NCBI GenBank assembly: GCA_003142475.1
Contig: PLMK01000013.1
Location: 33,130 to 97,129 of the forward strand
Length of the DNA: 64,000 nucleotides
Direction of reading: 5' to 3'
Source of the DNA: Ignavibacteriota bacterium
GTDB taxonomy: Bacteria > Bacteroidota > Ignavibacteria > UBA10030
The notes beneath the pieces are model-generated. The model saw only the letters and a list, made by a program, of their open reading frames with translations, did no database searches and was not told the DNA's origin. How positions within the stretch are numbered: position 1 is the first letter of the stretch; each line of letters starts with the position of its first letter. The position numbers and the translations under genes were made by a program. Positions 35,828 through 46,229 of this stretch are shown here, in pieces.

Positions 35828-36841
35828 ATGCCACAGCAAGATGACAAGTCTGTAAAACAAAATCCGCAATTATCCGATCAACAAGAAATCAGTACCGCGA
35901 ACGGAAACGATGCAGCGCCAATTGAATCGGTACCACTTTATAGAAACGTGAAAGTTGTTATTCCGCTCTTTCTTATTGTGCTGGCAATCGCCATTTTTGC
36001 ATGGCAGTATTATATTAAACTGCGCGACTTTGTCTCGACGGACGATGCATACATCGATGCAGATCGGGTTTCGGTAAGTGCGAAAATACTCGGCAGGATA
36101 GATCAACTGACAACCGACGAGGGAGATTCGGTTCGGCAAGGACAAATTCTGGTAAGGTTGGATGATAGCGACTTGCGAGCACAGGAAGCACAAGCGAAAG
36201 CTTCACTCGCATTTGCCCGGGAAAATATATCTCTTGCAAAAGTCAACATGGAGAAAGCCCAGATGGATTATCAACGAGCATTGTCACAATTTAAAGAGAG
36301 TGTTATTCCAAAAGAGCAGTATGACCATGCGCAAAGCGAATTAGAATCTACCAAGGCGCGGCTCAATATTGCAAACGCACAGACAGCGGCAGCGCAGGCA
36401 CAGCTTGGCGTGATTCAAACACAATTAACGAACACCGTGATCGTTTCACCGATGACAGGCGTTGTTTCTAAACGCTGGGCTCTGACAGGCGACGTCGTAC
36501 AGCCTGGACAATCTATTTTCACGATCTATAATGTGAAAGACATTTGGGTGACTGCAAATTTAGAAGAGACGAGTCTGTCTAATTTACGCCTCGGCGATAA
36601 AGTGGATATAAGCGTGGATACTTATCCAAATATAAAATTTATCGGGACTATTCTACGCCTCGGTTCCAACACAGCGTCGCAGTTTTCTTTAATTCCTCCT
36701 AATAATGCATCCGGGAATTTTACAAAGATAACACAGCGAGTACCAATAAAAATATCGGTTGAACAGGCTGACAGTATCCATTCTCAACGCGCAAACTTAT
36801 TGCCGGGCATGTCCGTTGAAGTCAAAGTGAAGGTTCGTTGA
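35828..36841 (+). CDS. HlyD/EmrA family membrane-fusion (periplasmic adaptor) protein
   Basis: A single TM helix is followed by 'VSTDDAYIDADRVSVSAKILGRI', a coiled-coil, and a beta-barrel/lipoyl-like region 'IVSPMTGVVSKR'. The start is ATG 35828; the ORF-track start overlaps tetR. Confidence 0.9.
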   Translation: MPQQDDKSVKQNPQLSDQQEISTANGNDAAPIESVPLYRNVKVVIPLFLIVLAIAIFAWQYYIKLRDFVSTDDAYIDADRVSVSAKILGRIDQLTTDEGDSVRQGQILVRLDDSDLRAQEAQAKASLAFARENISLAKVNMEKAQMDYQRALSQFKESVIPKEQYDHAQSELESTKARLNIANAQTAAAQAQLGVIQTQLTNTVIVSPMTGVVSKRWALTGDVVQPGQSIFTIYNVKDIWVTANLEETSLSNLRLGDKVDISVDTYPNIKFIGTILRLGSNTASQFSLIPPNNASGNFTKITQRVPIKISVEQADSIHSQRANLLPGMSVEVKVKVR

Positions 36842-36843
36842 TC

Positions 36844-38463
36844 ATGTTTGCAGGAATAACACATCGTTTGAAACTAGGGTTTACTCATCGTGTGCCTTCG
36901 CTTCATCATGAACACAACTCGTACCGCTGGTGGGTTTTGGCGAATGTAATGATTGGAACATTTATGGCAGTCCTTGATGCCACGATCGTAGATGTTTCCT
37001 TGTCGAAAATTATGGCGTCGTTCGGCATCACTGTCGATAAAGCCGAGTGGGTGATCACCGCATACATGCTGGTCTTTGCAGTCATGCTTCCGACATCCGG
37101 ATGGATTGCAGATCACTTCGGATACAAGAGAACGTATTTTTTGGCATTGTCATTATTTACCTTGGGTTCGTTCCTCTGCGGGCAGGCATGGAATGAAAAT
37201 ATGCTTATCATTTTCAGAATTGTTCAGGCAAGCGGTGCAGGATTGCTGATGCCGACCGGAATGGCGATTGTCACACGTGAATTTCCAGCGCGGCAGCGCG
37301 GACTTGCACTCGGATTCTGGGCCATTGCAGCAGCAGCTTCCGTGTCGCTCGGCCCGATGATAGGTGGGTATCTTATTGATAAAATAAATTGGAATGCAAT
37401 CTTTAATGTAAACGTGCCAGTCGGCATCATGGGTTTATTTGCAACGTTGGTTATTCAGCGTGAATATAAAACGGAACTTTCGCGGTCGTTTGACGTGATT
37501 GGATTCGTATCAATGGCAACATTTCTTTGTGCGCTGCTACTGGCATTGACAGATGGAAATGCCTCGTGGAATACCGGTGGATGGTCGTCGCCGTTTATCA
37601 TTTCGTGTTTTATCATATCAGCGTTAGCGTTTATCGTGTTCTTGGTGACGGAACTGACCATTGAACATCCGCTCATTGACTTGAGTTTGCTTAAGGATTT
37701 TAATTTTAGCATGGCGAACGGTGTTCTCTTCATTTTCGGATTCGGGATGTTCGGCAGCACATTTTTGCTTCCATTGTATCTCCAATTGTCGATGGGATAT
37801 ACAGCATTTCAGGCCGGCTCGCTATTTTTACCTGTCGGAATACTTCAAGCGATCACCGCACCGATATCCGGCTTTCTGTCGGATAAAGTTGATCCGCGAA
37901 TCCCTGCGGGCATTGGTATAACGCTATTGGCATTTAGTCTGTTTATCAATAGTTCATTATCAATGTATTCGGAGCATCATCAGATTATGCTTGCATTGTA
38001 CATCCGCGGATTTGCCATGGGATTGATGTTCACACCGCTTTCAATGACGGCGCTTTCGAATGTTCCTAAGCATAAAATCGGACAAGCATCCGGGTTATTT
38101 AATGTTATTCGGCAATTAGGCGGGAGCTTCGGCATTGCTTTTATGAGCACAATGCTGCTGCGGCGTACAATTTATCATACGGCAACATTCGGCCAGATCG
38201 TGAACCCTCAATCGGATGCGTTTCAACAAACTGCACAACATTTAACGCGTTTCAGTATGAATGCAATTGGAGGAAATCAATCTCTTGCAGCGATGCGTGC
38301 GAATGCTCTTATCGCGTCGCACATTTCTACCCAGGCATTTATCAGTGCTGTTTGTGACGACTTTTTAGTAGCATCGATGATCACAATTGTCGCGCTTGTT
38401 CCTATTTTATTCCTTCGTGTACGAAAGCGAAATAAATCTGAACATGTTGTCGTTTCAGAATGA
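36844..38463 (+). CDS. MFS transporter, DHA2 (EmrB/QacA) 14-TMS family
   Basis: 'MAVLDATIVDVSLSKI', 'GWIADHFGYKRTY' and 'FRIVQASGAGLLMP' are present. The protein is 14-TMS-like in length. Confidence 0.9.
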   Translation: MFAGITHRLKLGFTHRVPSLHHEHNSYRWWVLANVMIGTFMAVLDATIVDVSLSKIMASFGITVDKAEWVITAYMLVFAVMLPTSGWIADHFGYKRTYFLALSLFTLGSFLCGQAWNENMLIIFRIVQASGAGLLMPTGMAIVTREFPARQRGLALGFWAIAAAASVSLGPMIGGYLIDKINWNAIFNVNVPVGIMGLFATLVIQREYKTELSRSFDVIGFVSMATFLCALLLALTDGNASWNTGGWSSPFIISCFIISALAFIVFLVTELTIEHPLIDLSLLKDFNFSMANGVLFIFGFGMFGSTFLLPLYLQLSMGYTAFQAGSLFLPVGILQAITAPISGFLSDKVDPRIPAGIGITLLAFSLFINSSLSMYSEHHQIMLALYIRGFAMGLMFTPLSMTALSNVPKHKIGQASGLFNVIRQLGGSFGIAFMSTMLLRRTIYHTATFGQIVNPQSDAFQQTAQHLTRFSMNAIGGNQSLAAMRANALIASHISTQAFISAVCDDFLVASMITIVALVPILFLRVRKRNKSEHVVVSE

Positions 38464-38503
38464 AGCACACTTTTTTAAATAAGCTTACCAAGGATATTAG
38501 ATT

Positions 38504-39796
38504 ATGAAATTACTGATAATAGTAAGTTCGCTGTTCTTATCGTTTGTTATTGCACCAGCGCAAGATTCGATGACAGTTGATCAAGCCGTTCAGCGGGTTC
38601 TTCAAGTCCATCCGGCAATAGAACAAGCATTGGCAAACACTCGTGCAGCGGAAGCGCGGGTTTTACAAACTTCAAGCGCAAAACTTCCAGATGTGACAAC
38701 AGAAGCTGATTATGTACACATTGGTCCCGTGCCTGCATTTAACTTCCCAGGTTTTGGGAATTTGGTATTGGCTCCTCAAGACAATTATGATGCACACATT
38801 GCAGCCCGTTATACGGTATTTGATTTTGGGAAAACGAGTTCGGCTATTGATGCTAGTCGTTCGCGTGTGCAAACGTCGCAAGACGCAATAAAGTTCACAA
38901 AGACAAATTTGGCAATGCAAACAATTAGAGCTTTCTATGCGATCACGCTCTTGAGAAAAAGTGAAAAGGTTCAGGATGAACAAATTGAAGCACTCACCCA
39001 ACATATTTCGGTAACACAGAAGCGGGTAACGGCTGGAAGTGCGACGAATTTCGATGTGCTAACGACGCAAGTGCGCGTTGCTGCGGCTCAAAATCAGAAA
39101 GTGGAGATTCAAAATTCATTACAACGACAGGAATCGGTATTGCGTCAGCTTCTAGATCTTCCGATGAATAGCCCGTTGACAATTTCCGGATCCTTCCAGC
39201 CGATTCCTGTCGCACTCAATCAGGATTCTCTTTTTCAACTTGCATTACGGCAACGCATCGAACTGAAACTTGCGCGCGATGCGGAAGAATCAGCGAAGCT
39301 ACAAAAAAATGCGAGTTCACTTGGGAACATGCCTTCTTTAAAACTCATTGCTGCCTATGGTCTTAAAAATGGGTATGAACCTAACATTTATCCTGTGCGA
39401 GGCAACTGGATGTGGGGAGCACAAGCGCAAATTCCAGTTTTTGACGGTGGTCGAGTAAATCATCAGGAAGAAGAAGCGCAAGCGGTTATAGAATCGGAGC
39501 AAGCGCACATACAAGATGCAGAGCGGCAAATCCGATCAGATGTAGAACAAACCATCTCTGATGTTCAGGCATCGTGGTCGAAAGTGCAAATTTCAGAAGT
39601 ACAACTTCAACAGGCACACGAAGCAGTTGCCATTGCAAGAACTCGGTACGAGACCGGTTCTATTACTAATCTTGATCTATTAGATGCAGAGACTGCCGAA
39701 TCCTCTGCCCGATTGATGAATTTACAGGCGCTCTACCGCTTTGTCATCAGCAAGTATGAGCTTGGCCGCGCTGTTGGTGTGTCGTATGAGAATTAA
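38504..39796 (+). CDS. TolC family outer-membrane efflux protein
   Basis: It has a signal peptide and two OEP repeats, with typical segments 'RAAEARVLQ' and 'ETGSITNLDLLDAE'. Confidence 0.9.
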   Translation: MKLLIIVSSLFLSFVIAPAQDSMTVDQAVQRVLQVHPAIEQALANTRAAEARVLQTSSAKLPDVTTEADYVHIGPVPAFNFPGFGNLVLAPQDNYDAHIAARYTVFDFGKTSSAIDASRSRVQTSQDAIKFTKTNLAMQTIRAFYAITLLRKSEKVQDEQIEALTQHISVTQKRVTAGSATNFDVLTTQVRVAAAQNQKVEIQNSLQRQESVLRQLLDLPMNSPLTISGSFQPIPVALNQDSLFQLALRQRIELKLARDAEESAKLQKNASSLGNMPSLKLIAAYGLKNGYEPNIYPVRGNWMWGAQAQIPVFDGGRVNHQEEEAQAVIESEQAHIQDAERQIRSDVEQTISDVQASWSKVQISEVQLQQAHEAVAIARTRYETGSITNLDLLDAETAESSARLMNLQALYRFVISKYELGRAVGVSYEN

Positions 39797-39818
39797 CGCA
39801 TTGGTTTTTGTGGACATT

Positions 39819-41285
39819 TTATAATTCGAACCACTGCTGAACAGTTTTCAGATTAGATTCCTTAAATCTCTTATGCGAGAATTCGTTGCTATGCACATTG
39901 TATTTGTAATCTTTTTCCCACTTCCCGATATTTTTTCGCAATGATCGTAATGCATCAAGGATATAAGCCACTTCATCGTCTGTTGTCGTAGGGTGAAGAG
40001 ACAATCGCACCCAGCCGGGCTTAGTTGAGAGATCGCCATGATCAATTCGCTCTGTAATGGCATTGGAATTCTGTTGATCAACATGAAGCAAGTAATGTCC
40101 GTAAGTGCCGGCACAATCACATCCACCGCGAACTTGAATACCGAACCGATCATTGAGAATTCTTACTGCAAGATTGTAATGAATGTCGTCGAAATAAAAA
40201 GAAATGATGCCGAGCCGGTGTTCAATGTTGTCGGCAAGAATATGTAAGCCGTTTATTACACGCATTTCTTTGAGGAGGACAGGTACAATCTCTTCTTCGC
40301 GTTTGAGCATCTGTCTCACACCCATTTGTTCTTTTAATCCTACTGCAAGTGCGGACCGAATTGCCTGCAGGAACCCTGGTGTGCCGCCGTCTTCACGTTC
40401 TTCAATATCGGGTTTGTAGCGGTATTTTCCCCATGGATTTGTCCAGAGGATAGTGCCGCCGCCGGGCTGATCGGGAGATTTAAGATGATAAAGTTCTGAA
40501 TCGAATACCATCACACCAGACGAACCAGGACCTCCTAAAAATTTATGCGGTGAGAAAAAAATTGCATCCAATCGTTCCATGGGATCTGCTGGGTGCATGT
40601 TGATATTCACGTACGGCGCAGATGCGGCGAAATCCACAAAACACACACCGGAATGTTCATGCATAATTTTTGCAAGCTGATGATATGGTGTTTGAATACC
40701 AGTGACATTGGAACAAGCGGTGAATGAACCGATTTTTAACGGTCGGTTTTTATACTCGCGGAGTAATTCCTGCAAACGTTCAACATCGACGAGCCCTTCT
40801 TTTGTCGGCGGAATGACACAGACATCCGCGATAGTTTCATACCACGACGTATGATTGGAATGATGTTCCATGTGCGTCACGAAGACGACAGGTTTTTTCT
40901 CGGGAGGGATGGAAACAAATTGTTCAAGCTGATCCGGGTATTTCAATCCTAACATTCTCTGGAACTTGACCAATGCGGCGGTCATGCCAAATCCGACATT
41001 CAATAAAGCATCTTTCGGTCCTGCGTTCACGTGGCGTTTAATCACTTCGTGTGCATAGTGATATGCCTGTGTCATCATCGTGCCGGTGATATTTGTTTCC
41101 GTGTGCGTGTTACCGACGAACGGGCCGAATACTTGAGAGATTTTTTCTTCGATTGGAGCGTACAATCTTCCGCTGGCAGTCCAATCTGCATAGACAATGC
41201 GTTTTCTGCCGTAGGGTGATTTGAATGTCTGCCGAAGCCCGACAATGTTCTTACGAAGAAGAGAAAAATATTTTTCGAGGTTCAT
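39819..41285 (-). CDS. class V aminotransferase (cysteine desulfurase/selenocysteine lyase-like)
   Basis: The PLP-Lys region is 'FFSPHKFLGGPGSSGV'. The start is ATG 41285; the ORF-track extension overlaps the upstream gene. Confidence 0.8.
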   Translation of the reverse strand: MNLEKYFSLLRKNIVGLRQTFKSPYGRKRIVYADWTASGRLYAPIEEKISQVFGPFVGNTHTETNITGTMMTQAYHYAHEVIKRHVNAGPKDALLNVGFGMTAALVKFQRMLGLKYPDQLEQFVSIPPEKKPVVFVTHMEHHSNHTSWYETIADVCVIPPTKEGLVDVERLQELLREYKNRPLKIGSFTACSNVTGIQTPYHQLAKIMHEHSGVCFVDFAASAPYVNINMHPADPMERLDAIFFSPHKFLGGPGSSGVMVFDSELYHLKSPDQPGGGTILWTNPWGKYRYKPDIEEREDGGTPGFLQAIRSALAVGLKEQMGVRQMLKREEEIVPVLLKEMRVINGLHILADNIEHRLGIISFYFDDIHYNLAVRILNDRFGIQVRGGCDCAGTYGHYLLHVDQQNSNAITERIDHGDLSTKPGWVRLSLHPTTTDDEVAYILDALRSLRKNIGKWEKDYKYNVHSNEFSHKRFKESNLKTVQQWFEL

Positions 41286-41301
41286 ATGATTCTGTAATAA
41301 A

Positions 41302-42573
41302 TTAAATTTGTGAAAGAGCCTGATCCAAGTCCCAGATAATATCTTCTGCCGCTTCGACTCCCACGGAAAGACGCAGCAAATTATCGGTAATACCAAATTC
41401 TTTTCGTTTATGCGGTTCGACAGCTGAATGTGTCATAGCTGCCGGATGTTCAGCAAGCGATTCCGTTCCGCCGAGACTGACTGCAAGCTTTACCATTTTC
41501 AGTGAATCCAAAAATCTGAATGAAGCTTGTTCATCACCCTTAATAATAAAACTGATCATTGCTCCTGGCGAAAGGCATTGTTTTTTGTAGATAGCGTATT
41601 GAGGATCGCCTTCATTTAGTAATCCAAGATACAACACCTTCTCTATTTTTGGATGTGTGGAAAGCCATTCGGCAATTTCTTGTGCACTTTGAACGGAAGT
41701 ACTCATCCGCATTTTAAGAGTTTCGAGACTGCGCATAAGCAGCCAACCTGTCAATGGGCTTGCCATTGAACCAAGAGCAACGCGCAGCGATTTGATGCGG
41801 TTGATGAGTTCCTTAGGGCCGAGGCATGCACCGGCAACTACATCGCTGTGGCCACCGATGTACTTTGTTGCTGAATATAAGACAAGGTCGACGCCATGTT
41901 TAATAGGATGTTGGTAGACAGGACCAAGGAATGTATTATCCAGTGCGGTAAGAACTTTATGCTCCTTTGTTGAAAAGTGTTTTGCAATATCCACACACAT
42001 TTCTATATCAATCAGACAGTTTGTCGGATTTGCAGGTGTTTCAAAAAATATCATCCGAAGTTTGTCTGCTGCGCCCGCTCGTTCCACCATCTCGATGATT
42101 TGCTGTTTAGTATGTTGCACGCCAAAGTTGATAGTCTGAATGCCAAATTTTGCAAGGACTACTTCAAAAAGATGTTCCGTGCCGCCGTAAATTGGTTCGC
42201 TGCTGAGAAGAACATCTCCCGGTTTGAAAAATTCTAATACTGTCGTGCTGATCGCCGCCATGCCGCTGTCAAATACTGCGCATGCTTCAGCATTGTCCCA
42301 TATGGTAAGACGGTCTTCTAGAATTTCCAGATCCGGATTGTTAATACGGCTATAGATGAGTCCGGCGCCGTGTTTGCCCGGTTCACGCACGCCATGCGCC
42401 ATTTCAAAAAACTCTTTCCCATCCTTGGCATTTTCAAAGACGAAAGTAGAAGTTTGAAAGATAGGACATTTTACGGCGCCTTCAGACCATTCCGGTTTGT
42501 AACCATAGCCCGTCATCAAGGTTTCGGGCTGGAGTTTTTTAATTTTTCCATTGGAGATGAGTTCTTTATCCAT
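41302..42573 (-). CDS. Cys/Met-metabolism PLP enzyme (methionine gamma-lyase / cystathionine gamma-synthase family)
   Basis: The PLP-Lys motif is 'YSATKYIGGHSDVVAG'. 423 aa. Confidence 0.85.
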   Translation of the reverse strand: MDKELISNGKIKKLQPETLMTGYGYKPEWSEGAVKCPIFQTSTFVFENAKDGKEFFEMAHGVREPGKHGAGLIYSRINNPDLEILEDRLTIWDNAEACAVFDSGMAAISTTVLEFFKPGDVLLSSEPIYGGTEHLFEVVLAKFGIQTINFGVQHTKQQIIEMVERAGAADKLRMIFFETPANPTNCLIDIEMCVDIAKHFSTKEHKVLTALDNTFLGPVYQHPIKHGVDLVLYSATKYIGGHSDVVAGACLGPKELINRIKSLRVALGSMASPLTGWLLMRSLETLKMRMSTSVQSAQEIAEWLSTHPKIEKVLYLGLLNEGDPQYAIYKKQCLSPGAMISFIIKGDEQASFRFLDSLKMVKLAVSLGGTESLAEHPAAMTHSAVEPHKRKEFGITDNLLRLSVGVEAAEDIIWDLDQALSQI

Positions 42574-42817
42574 ATTGTACCTCGCTCAAAATAGGTGGGA
42601 ATTAGTAAAGCGATTTGGCAGAAAGATACTACAATAATCCCGAAAGTCAATTATGCACAAGATACACTTGCTTCTCCATTGATGCATTCGTAAGTTCCAA
42701 AGTATTGATTTAAGATTTATGTTATTATGAAAAAGTTATTCTTGATCTCCATATTAAACGATATTAATCAACCCTATATAAAGATATCCACAATCACACA
42801 TCAAGAGGGGTAAAACA

Positions 42818-43825
42818 ATGAATCCTCCGTTCCTACCGTTAACACTAGGCGATATCTTCGAGAAGACATTTTCACTTATCGGAAAAACTTTTTTCCGTAA
42901 TCTTTTTATTGCAGTCATTATTCTTTTATTTCCAATCATTCTCATGGCAATTGCGATGGATGCTTTTTATTCATCCCTTGCTGATATGCAGGGTTCGATA
43001 TTGCAAGGGGTAAGCACACCTGGCTTAGATATGGTTTTGGCAATTCTTGGCCCGTTAGTATTTTTTGGATGTGCAACAATTATTTTTGTATTGGGTATTC
43101 TTTTGGCAGAGATTGCCGTCAGTATTATTGTTAGCCAAGAAATATTATCTAATCCGATAAATTTTTTTGATGCACTGCATGATACATTCAGCATGAAATG
43201 CTTATATGGTATCGGCCAGGGAATATTGAAATATGCTATCCTTATCGGCGGTGTGATTGCGGCTAGCATTGTGATGGCGATTTTGGGTGCTGTCTCGAAA
43301 CTGCTCATGGGCATAATTGCTATTATTGGTTTACTTGTTCTTGTTCCGGTTTTCGTCTATGTCTTTCTTAAATGGTACTTTGCACTCACGGTGGTTGCTG
43401 TGGATGACCTCACTGCTATTGAATCACTGCGCAAAAGTTGGTATTTGGTTGAAGGACATTGGTGGAGAACGTTAGGTATCCTGATACTCCTTACCATTCT
43501 TTCACAGTTTGCCATCACCATTGTTTCTCTACCGATTTCTTTTGGGAGCATGTGGGATTTCTATAAAGAATATTTTACGCTGCTTGGAAAAACCGGCGGC
43601 AATATCGATCCCCAATCACTTGCGCAATTAGAGAATTCAGTAGGACCGGGAATTGCAATTGGAAGCGGCATAAGCGCATTGCTCTCTTTGCTCATAACAC
43701 CGGTTTTTACGGTGGTTATGTACTATGATTTATGTGCACGCGAAAATGCTGATAAGATATCTGCACAAAAGCCAATTATTAAACATGATATTTCTTCAGA
43801 GCCGATTGATTTATCAAGTCTCTGA
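42818..43825 (+). CDS. polytopic membrane protein, function unknown
   Basis: 335 aa with about 6 hydrophobic helices. It includes 'SLRKSWYLVEGHWWRTLGILILL'. It overlaps the CPBP gene by 1 nt (TGATG). Confidence 0.6.
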   Translation: MNPPFLPLTLGDIFEKTFSLIGKTFFRNLFIAVIILLFPIILMAIAMDAFYSSLADMQGSILQGVSTPGLDMVLAILGPLVFFGCATIIFVLGILLAEIAVSIIVSQEILSNPINFFDALHDTFSMKCLYGIGQGILKYAILIGGVIAASIVMAILGAVSKLLMGIIAIIGLLVLVPVFVYVFLKWYFALTVVAVDDLTAIESLRKSWYLVEGHWWRTLGILILLTILSQFAITIVSLPISFGSMWDFYKEYFTLLGKTGGNIDPQSLAQLENSVGPGIAIGSGISALLSLLITPVFTVVMYYDLCARENADKISAQKPIIKHDISSEPIDLSSL

Positions 43826-44784
43826 TGGAAAGCCAGGTTGAACAAACTTCAGATGCGATGGCATCGAAACGTTTTGATGGATCGTGGGAGCGGGCGCATC
43901 GTAATATAACTGCTGCGGCATGTATTGGATTATTAATTACTGGTGTTCTGTACGTGTACGCGCAATCGTTTCTTACCATAATCTTTGTTTTTATTAATTC
44001 ATCCGGAGAACTCCATGCATTTAAGGGGGGAAATTTCATCGAGCGGTTATCCCACTCGATTGTGTTACTGAAAAATCCTTTACGATATTCTGTTATTATC
44101 TCCCAGTTCCTTTTTATGCTTTTACCGATACTCTGGATTATTAAACGCTGGCATACTACGCATGTTCTTTCGTATGTTCGGATTTCTCGCATCTCTTTTC
44201 TCGAGCTGAGTGTTGCAATCGCTGCTACTATTTGCTTTATTCCCGTAAGTGGGGGTATAAGTGATTTTTTTGCGAAGCAGTTGAACATGCCTGATTTCTT
44301 AGCTCAGATTAACGCACAGATATTTACATCCTATAGTATAGAAGAATTACTGTGGCTGATTGTTGTCGTATGCATTACACCGGCGTTGTGTGAAGAAGTT
44401 CTTTTCCGAGGTTATTTTCAGCGGACACTGGAACGCACATTGGGAATGAAAAGCCTGTTCATTGCAGGAATTATTTTCGGATTGTATCACATGCAGCCGT
44501 TAAATTTAATATCGCTTGCGCTTCTCGGTATTATGTTCGGCTACTTTTTTTATAGAAGCAAAAGTCTACTGCCGGGTGTCGCTGCACATTTTATCAATAA
44601 TCTTATTGCAGTGTTTTCTCTATATAAAACACATGATGGACGCGTTTTCTTTGATGTATTTGATCTTGAGATAACTTTCTTAGGAGTTATAATAGCCCTG
44701 GTTCTTACCGGGGGGTGGCTGTATATATATCACCGTATTACACAAATAAACTTTGAGGACAAATTATCGTTGGCGGGAAATTAA
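43825..44784 (+). CDS. CPBP (CAAX/Abi) family intramembrane glutamic endopeptidase
   Basis: Motif 1 is 'CEEVLFRGYFQ', motif 2 is 'FGLYH' and motif 3 is 'AAHFINN'. Confidence 0.8.
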   Translation: MESQVEQTSDAMASKRFDGSWERAHRNITAAACIGLLITGVLYVYAQSFLTIIFVFINSSGELHAFKGGNFIERLSHSIVLLKNPLRYSVIISQFLFMLLPILWIIKRWHTTHVLSYVRISRISFLELSVAIAATICFIPVSGGISDFFAKQLNMPDFLAQINAQIFTSYSIEELLWLIVVVCITPALCEEVLFRGYFQRTLERTLGMKSLFIAGIIFGLYHMQPLNLISLALLGIMFGYFFYRSKSLLPGVAAHFINNLIAVFSLYKTHDGRVFFDVFDLEITFLGVIIALVLTGGWLYIYHRITQINFEDKLSLAGN

Positions 44785-44811
44785 TTCATTTTTAGGGATG
44801 GTTGAATATTT

Positions 44812-44843
44812 AAAAAGGCGGCCATAAACTGAACCGCCTTTTT
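44812..44843. terminator. bidirectional rho-independent terminator between convergent CPBP and serC genes
   Basis: AAAAAGGCGG (44812-44821) pairs with CCGCCTTTTT (44834-44843). A/T tracts lie on both sides. Confidence 0.7.
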
Positions 44844-44863
44844 GCATTCATAGTTTTGAATGG

Positions 44864-45946
44864 TTACTTATTCGCTTTATAAAATTCTTCCATATGTTTA
44901 GCCAACAGTTCCACTGATTCCACAGGGCAGGCGTTATAAATTGAAGCGCGCATGCCGCCAACTGAGCGATGACCTTTTAGTCCAAGCATCTTCTTCGCTT
45001 TCGCCTCGGCAATAAATTTCTCTTCCAACTCTGGTGTCGGCAAATTCCAGGTAACATTCATAAGAGATCGATCTTCTTTGTTGACTACTGAACCTTTATA
45101 AAATTCCGGATGTGCATCAAAAATATCGTAAATGAGTTTTGCTTTCTTTTGATTGCGCGCTTGAATTGCATCCAATCCGCCTTCTTTAATGATCCATTTT
45201 AGTGTTCTGCCAACGACGAATACCGGCAGGCATGGCGGTGTATTATACATAGAGCCTGCATCGACATGCGTTTTGTATTTCAGCATCGAAGGTAAATTTT
45301 GTTTCGCCTTTGCTTCCATCCACGCTTTTTTAATTATAACCATTACAACACCGGCAGGACCAAGGTTTTTCTGCGCACCGGCGTAAATGAGATTGTACTT
45401 TTTAAAATCGCGTTTGATGCCAAGCATATCAGACGACATATCGGCAATCAATGGCACACTGCCAACATTAGGATCGGCTTTCCACTCAGTGCCAAAGATT
45501 GTGTTATTTGTAGTGATGTGCACATAATCAGCGTCACCGGAAAATTTAATATTCTTCGGCAATTGATTGAAGTTCGTTGCTTTCGATGATGCGACTTCGA
45601 CCGCATTTCCGAGGATCTTTGCTTCCTTCAGAGCTTTCGATGCCCATTCGCCGGTATTCACGTAATCCGCTTTCGTGTTAAGAAAGTTCATGGGTACCAT
45701 TGCAAACTGCATGCTTGCGCCACCGCCTAAAAAGATGACTGCATACTCTTCCGGCGATAATCCCATAATACTTAGCGCATCGGCTTGAGCTTCTGCCACT
45801 ACTTTATCAAAAGCTTTGTCTCTGTGGCTAATTTCCATTATTGAAACGCCGATGCCAGCAAAATCCATGACAGCGTCGCGTGTCTCTTCAACAACTGAAA
45901 GAGGAAGAACAGCAGGTCCAGCAAAGAAATTATGTGCACGTGCCAT
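44864..45946 (-). CDS. serC: phosphoserine aminotransferase
   Basis: 'NFFAGPAVLP' is present and the PLP-Lys region is 'YAGAQKNLGPAG'. 360 aa. Confidence 0.95.
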   Translation of the reverse strand: MARAHNFFAGPAVLPLSVVEETRDAVMDFAGIGVSIMEISHRDKAFDKVVAEAQADALSIMGLSPEEYAVIFLGGGASMQFAMVPMNFLNTKADYVNTGEWASKALKEAKILGNAVEVASSKATNFNQLPKNIKFSGDADYVHITTNNTIFGTEWKADPNVGSVPLIADMSSDMLGIKRDFKKYNLIYAGAQKNLGPAGVVMVIIKKAWMEAKAKQNLPSMLKYKTHVDAGSMYNTPPCLPVFVVGRTLKWIIKEGGLDAIQARNQKKAKLIYDIFDAHPEFYKGSVVNKEDRSLMNVTWNLPTPELEEKFIAEAKAKKMLGLKGHRSVGGMRASIYNACPVESVELLAKHMEEFYKANK

Positions 45947-46229
45947 AAGTTTTATCCTTTCAAAGTTTTATGTATAAAAACATCTAGGGGGTTTTTCGAA
46001 TACTTTAACATACTAATATTTTTATAAACTGTCTATACAAAATATTGATATATAATAATGTTTATAAATTCCATTAAGAATACAGAGTTGCTGGTTAGAA
46101 CATTTTTTGGTATACTCTGGGCATAATAATTTACCAACTGATTTCTCCTTTGGCATTCAAGATGCAGTGTCATTAAACAGAATAATTGCCTGAGGAATTT
46201 AACAACAATAACCCCATAAGGAGTTTACT

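Noticed and set aside
42574-42817. A possible SAM riboswitch or T-box leader upstream of the Met/Cys gamma-lyase family gene.
   Set aside because: The reverse-complement leader lacks the conserved SAM-I core elements and any T-box 'AGGGUGGNACC'-like sequence. It is simply AT-rich.
45947-46229. I searched for a sigma54-type (GG-N10-GC) promoter here and upstream of other plus-strand operons, prompted by the NtrC-like activator.
   Set aside because: Only poor matches were found (for example 'CTGGGCATAATAATTTAC' at about 46119, which lacks the GC element). Other TGGCAC-like strings lie inside coding regions.
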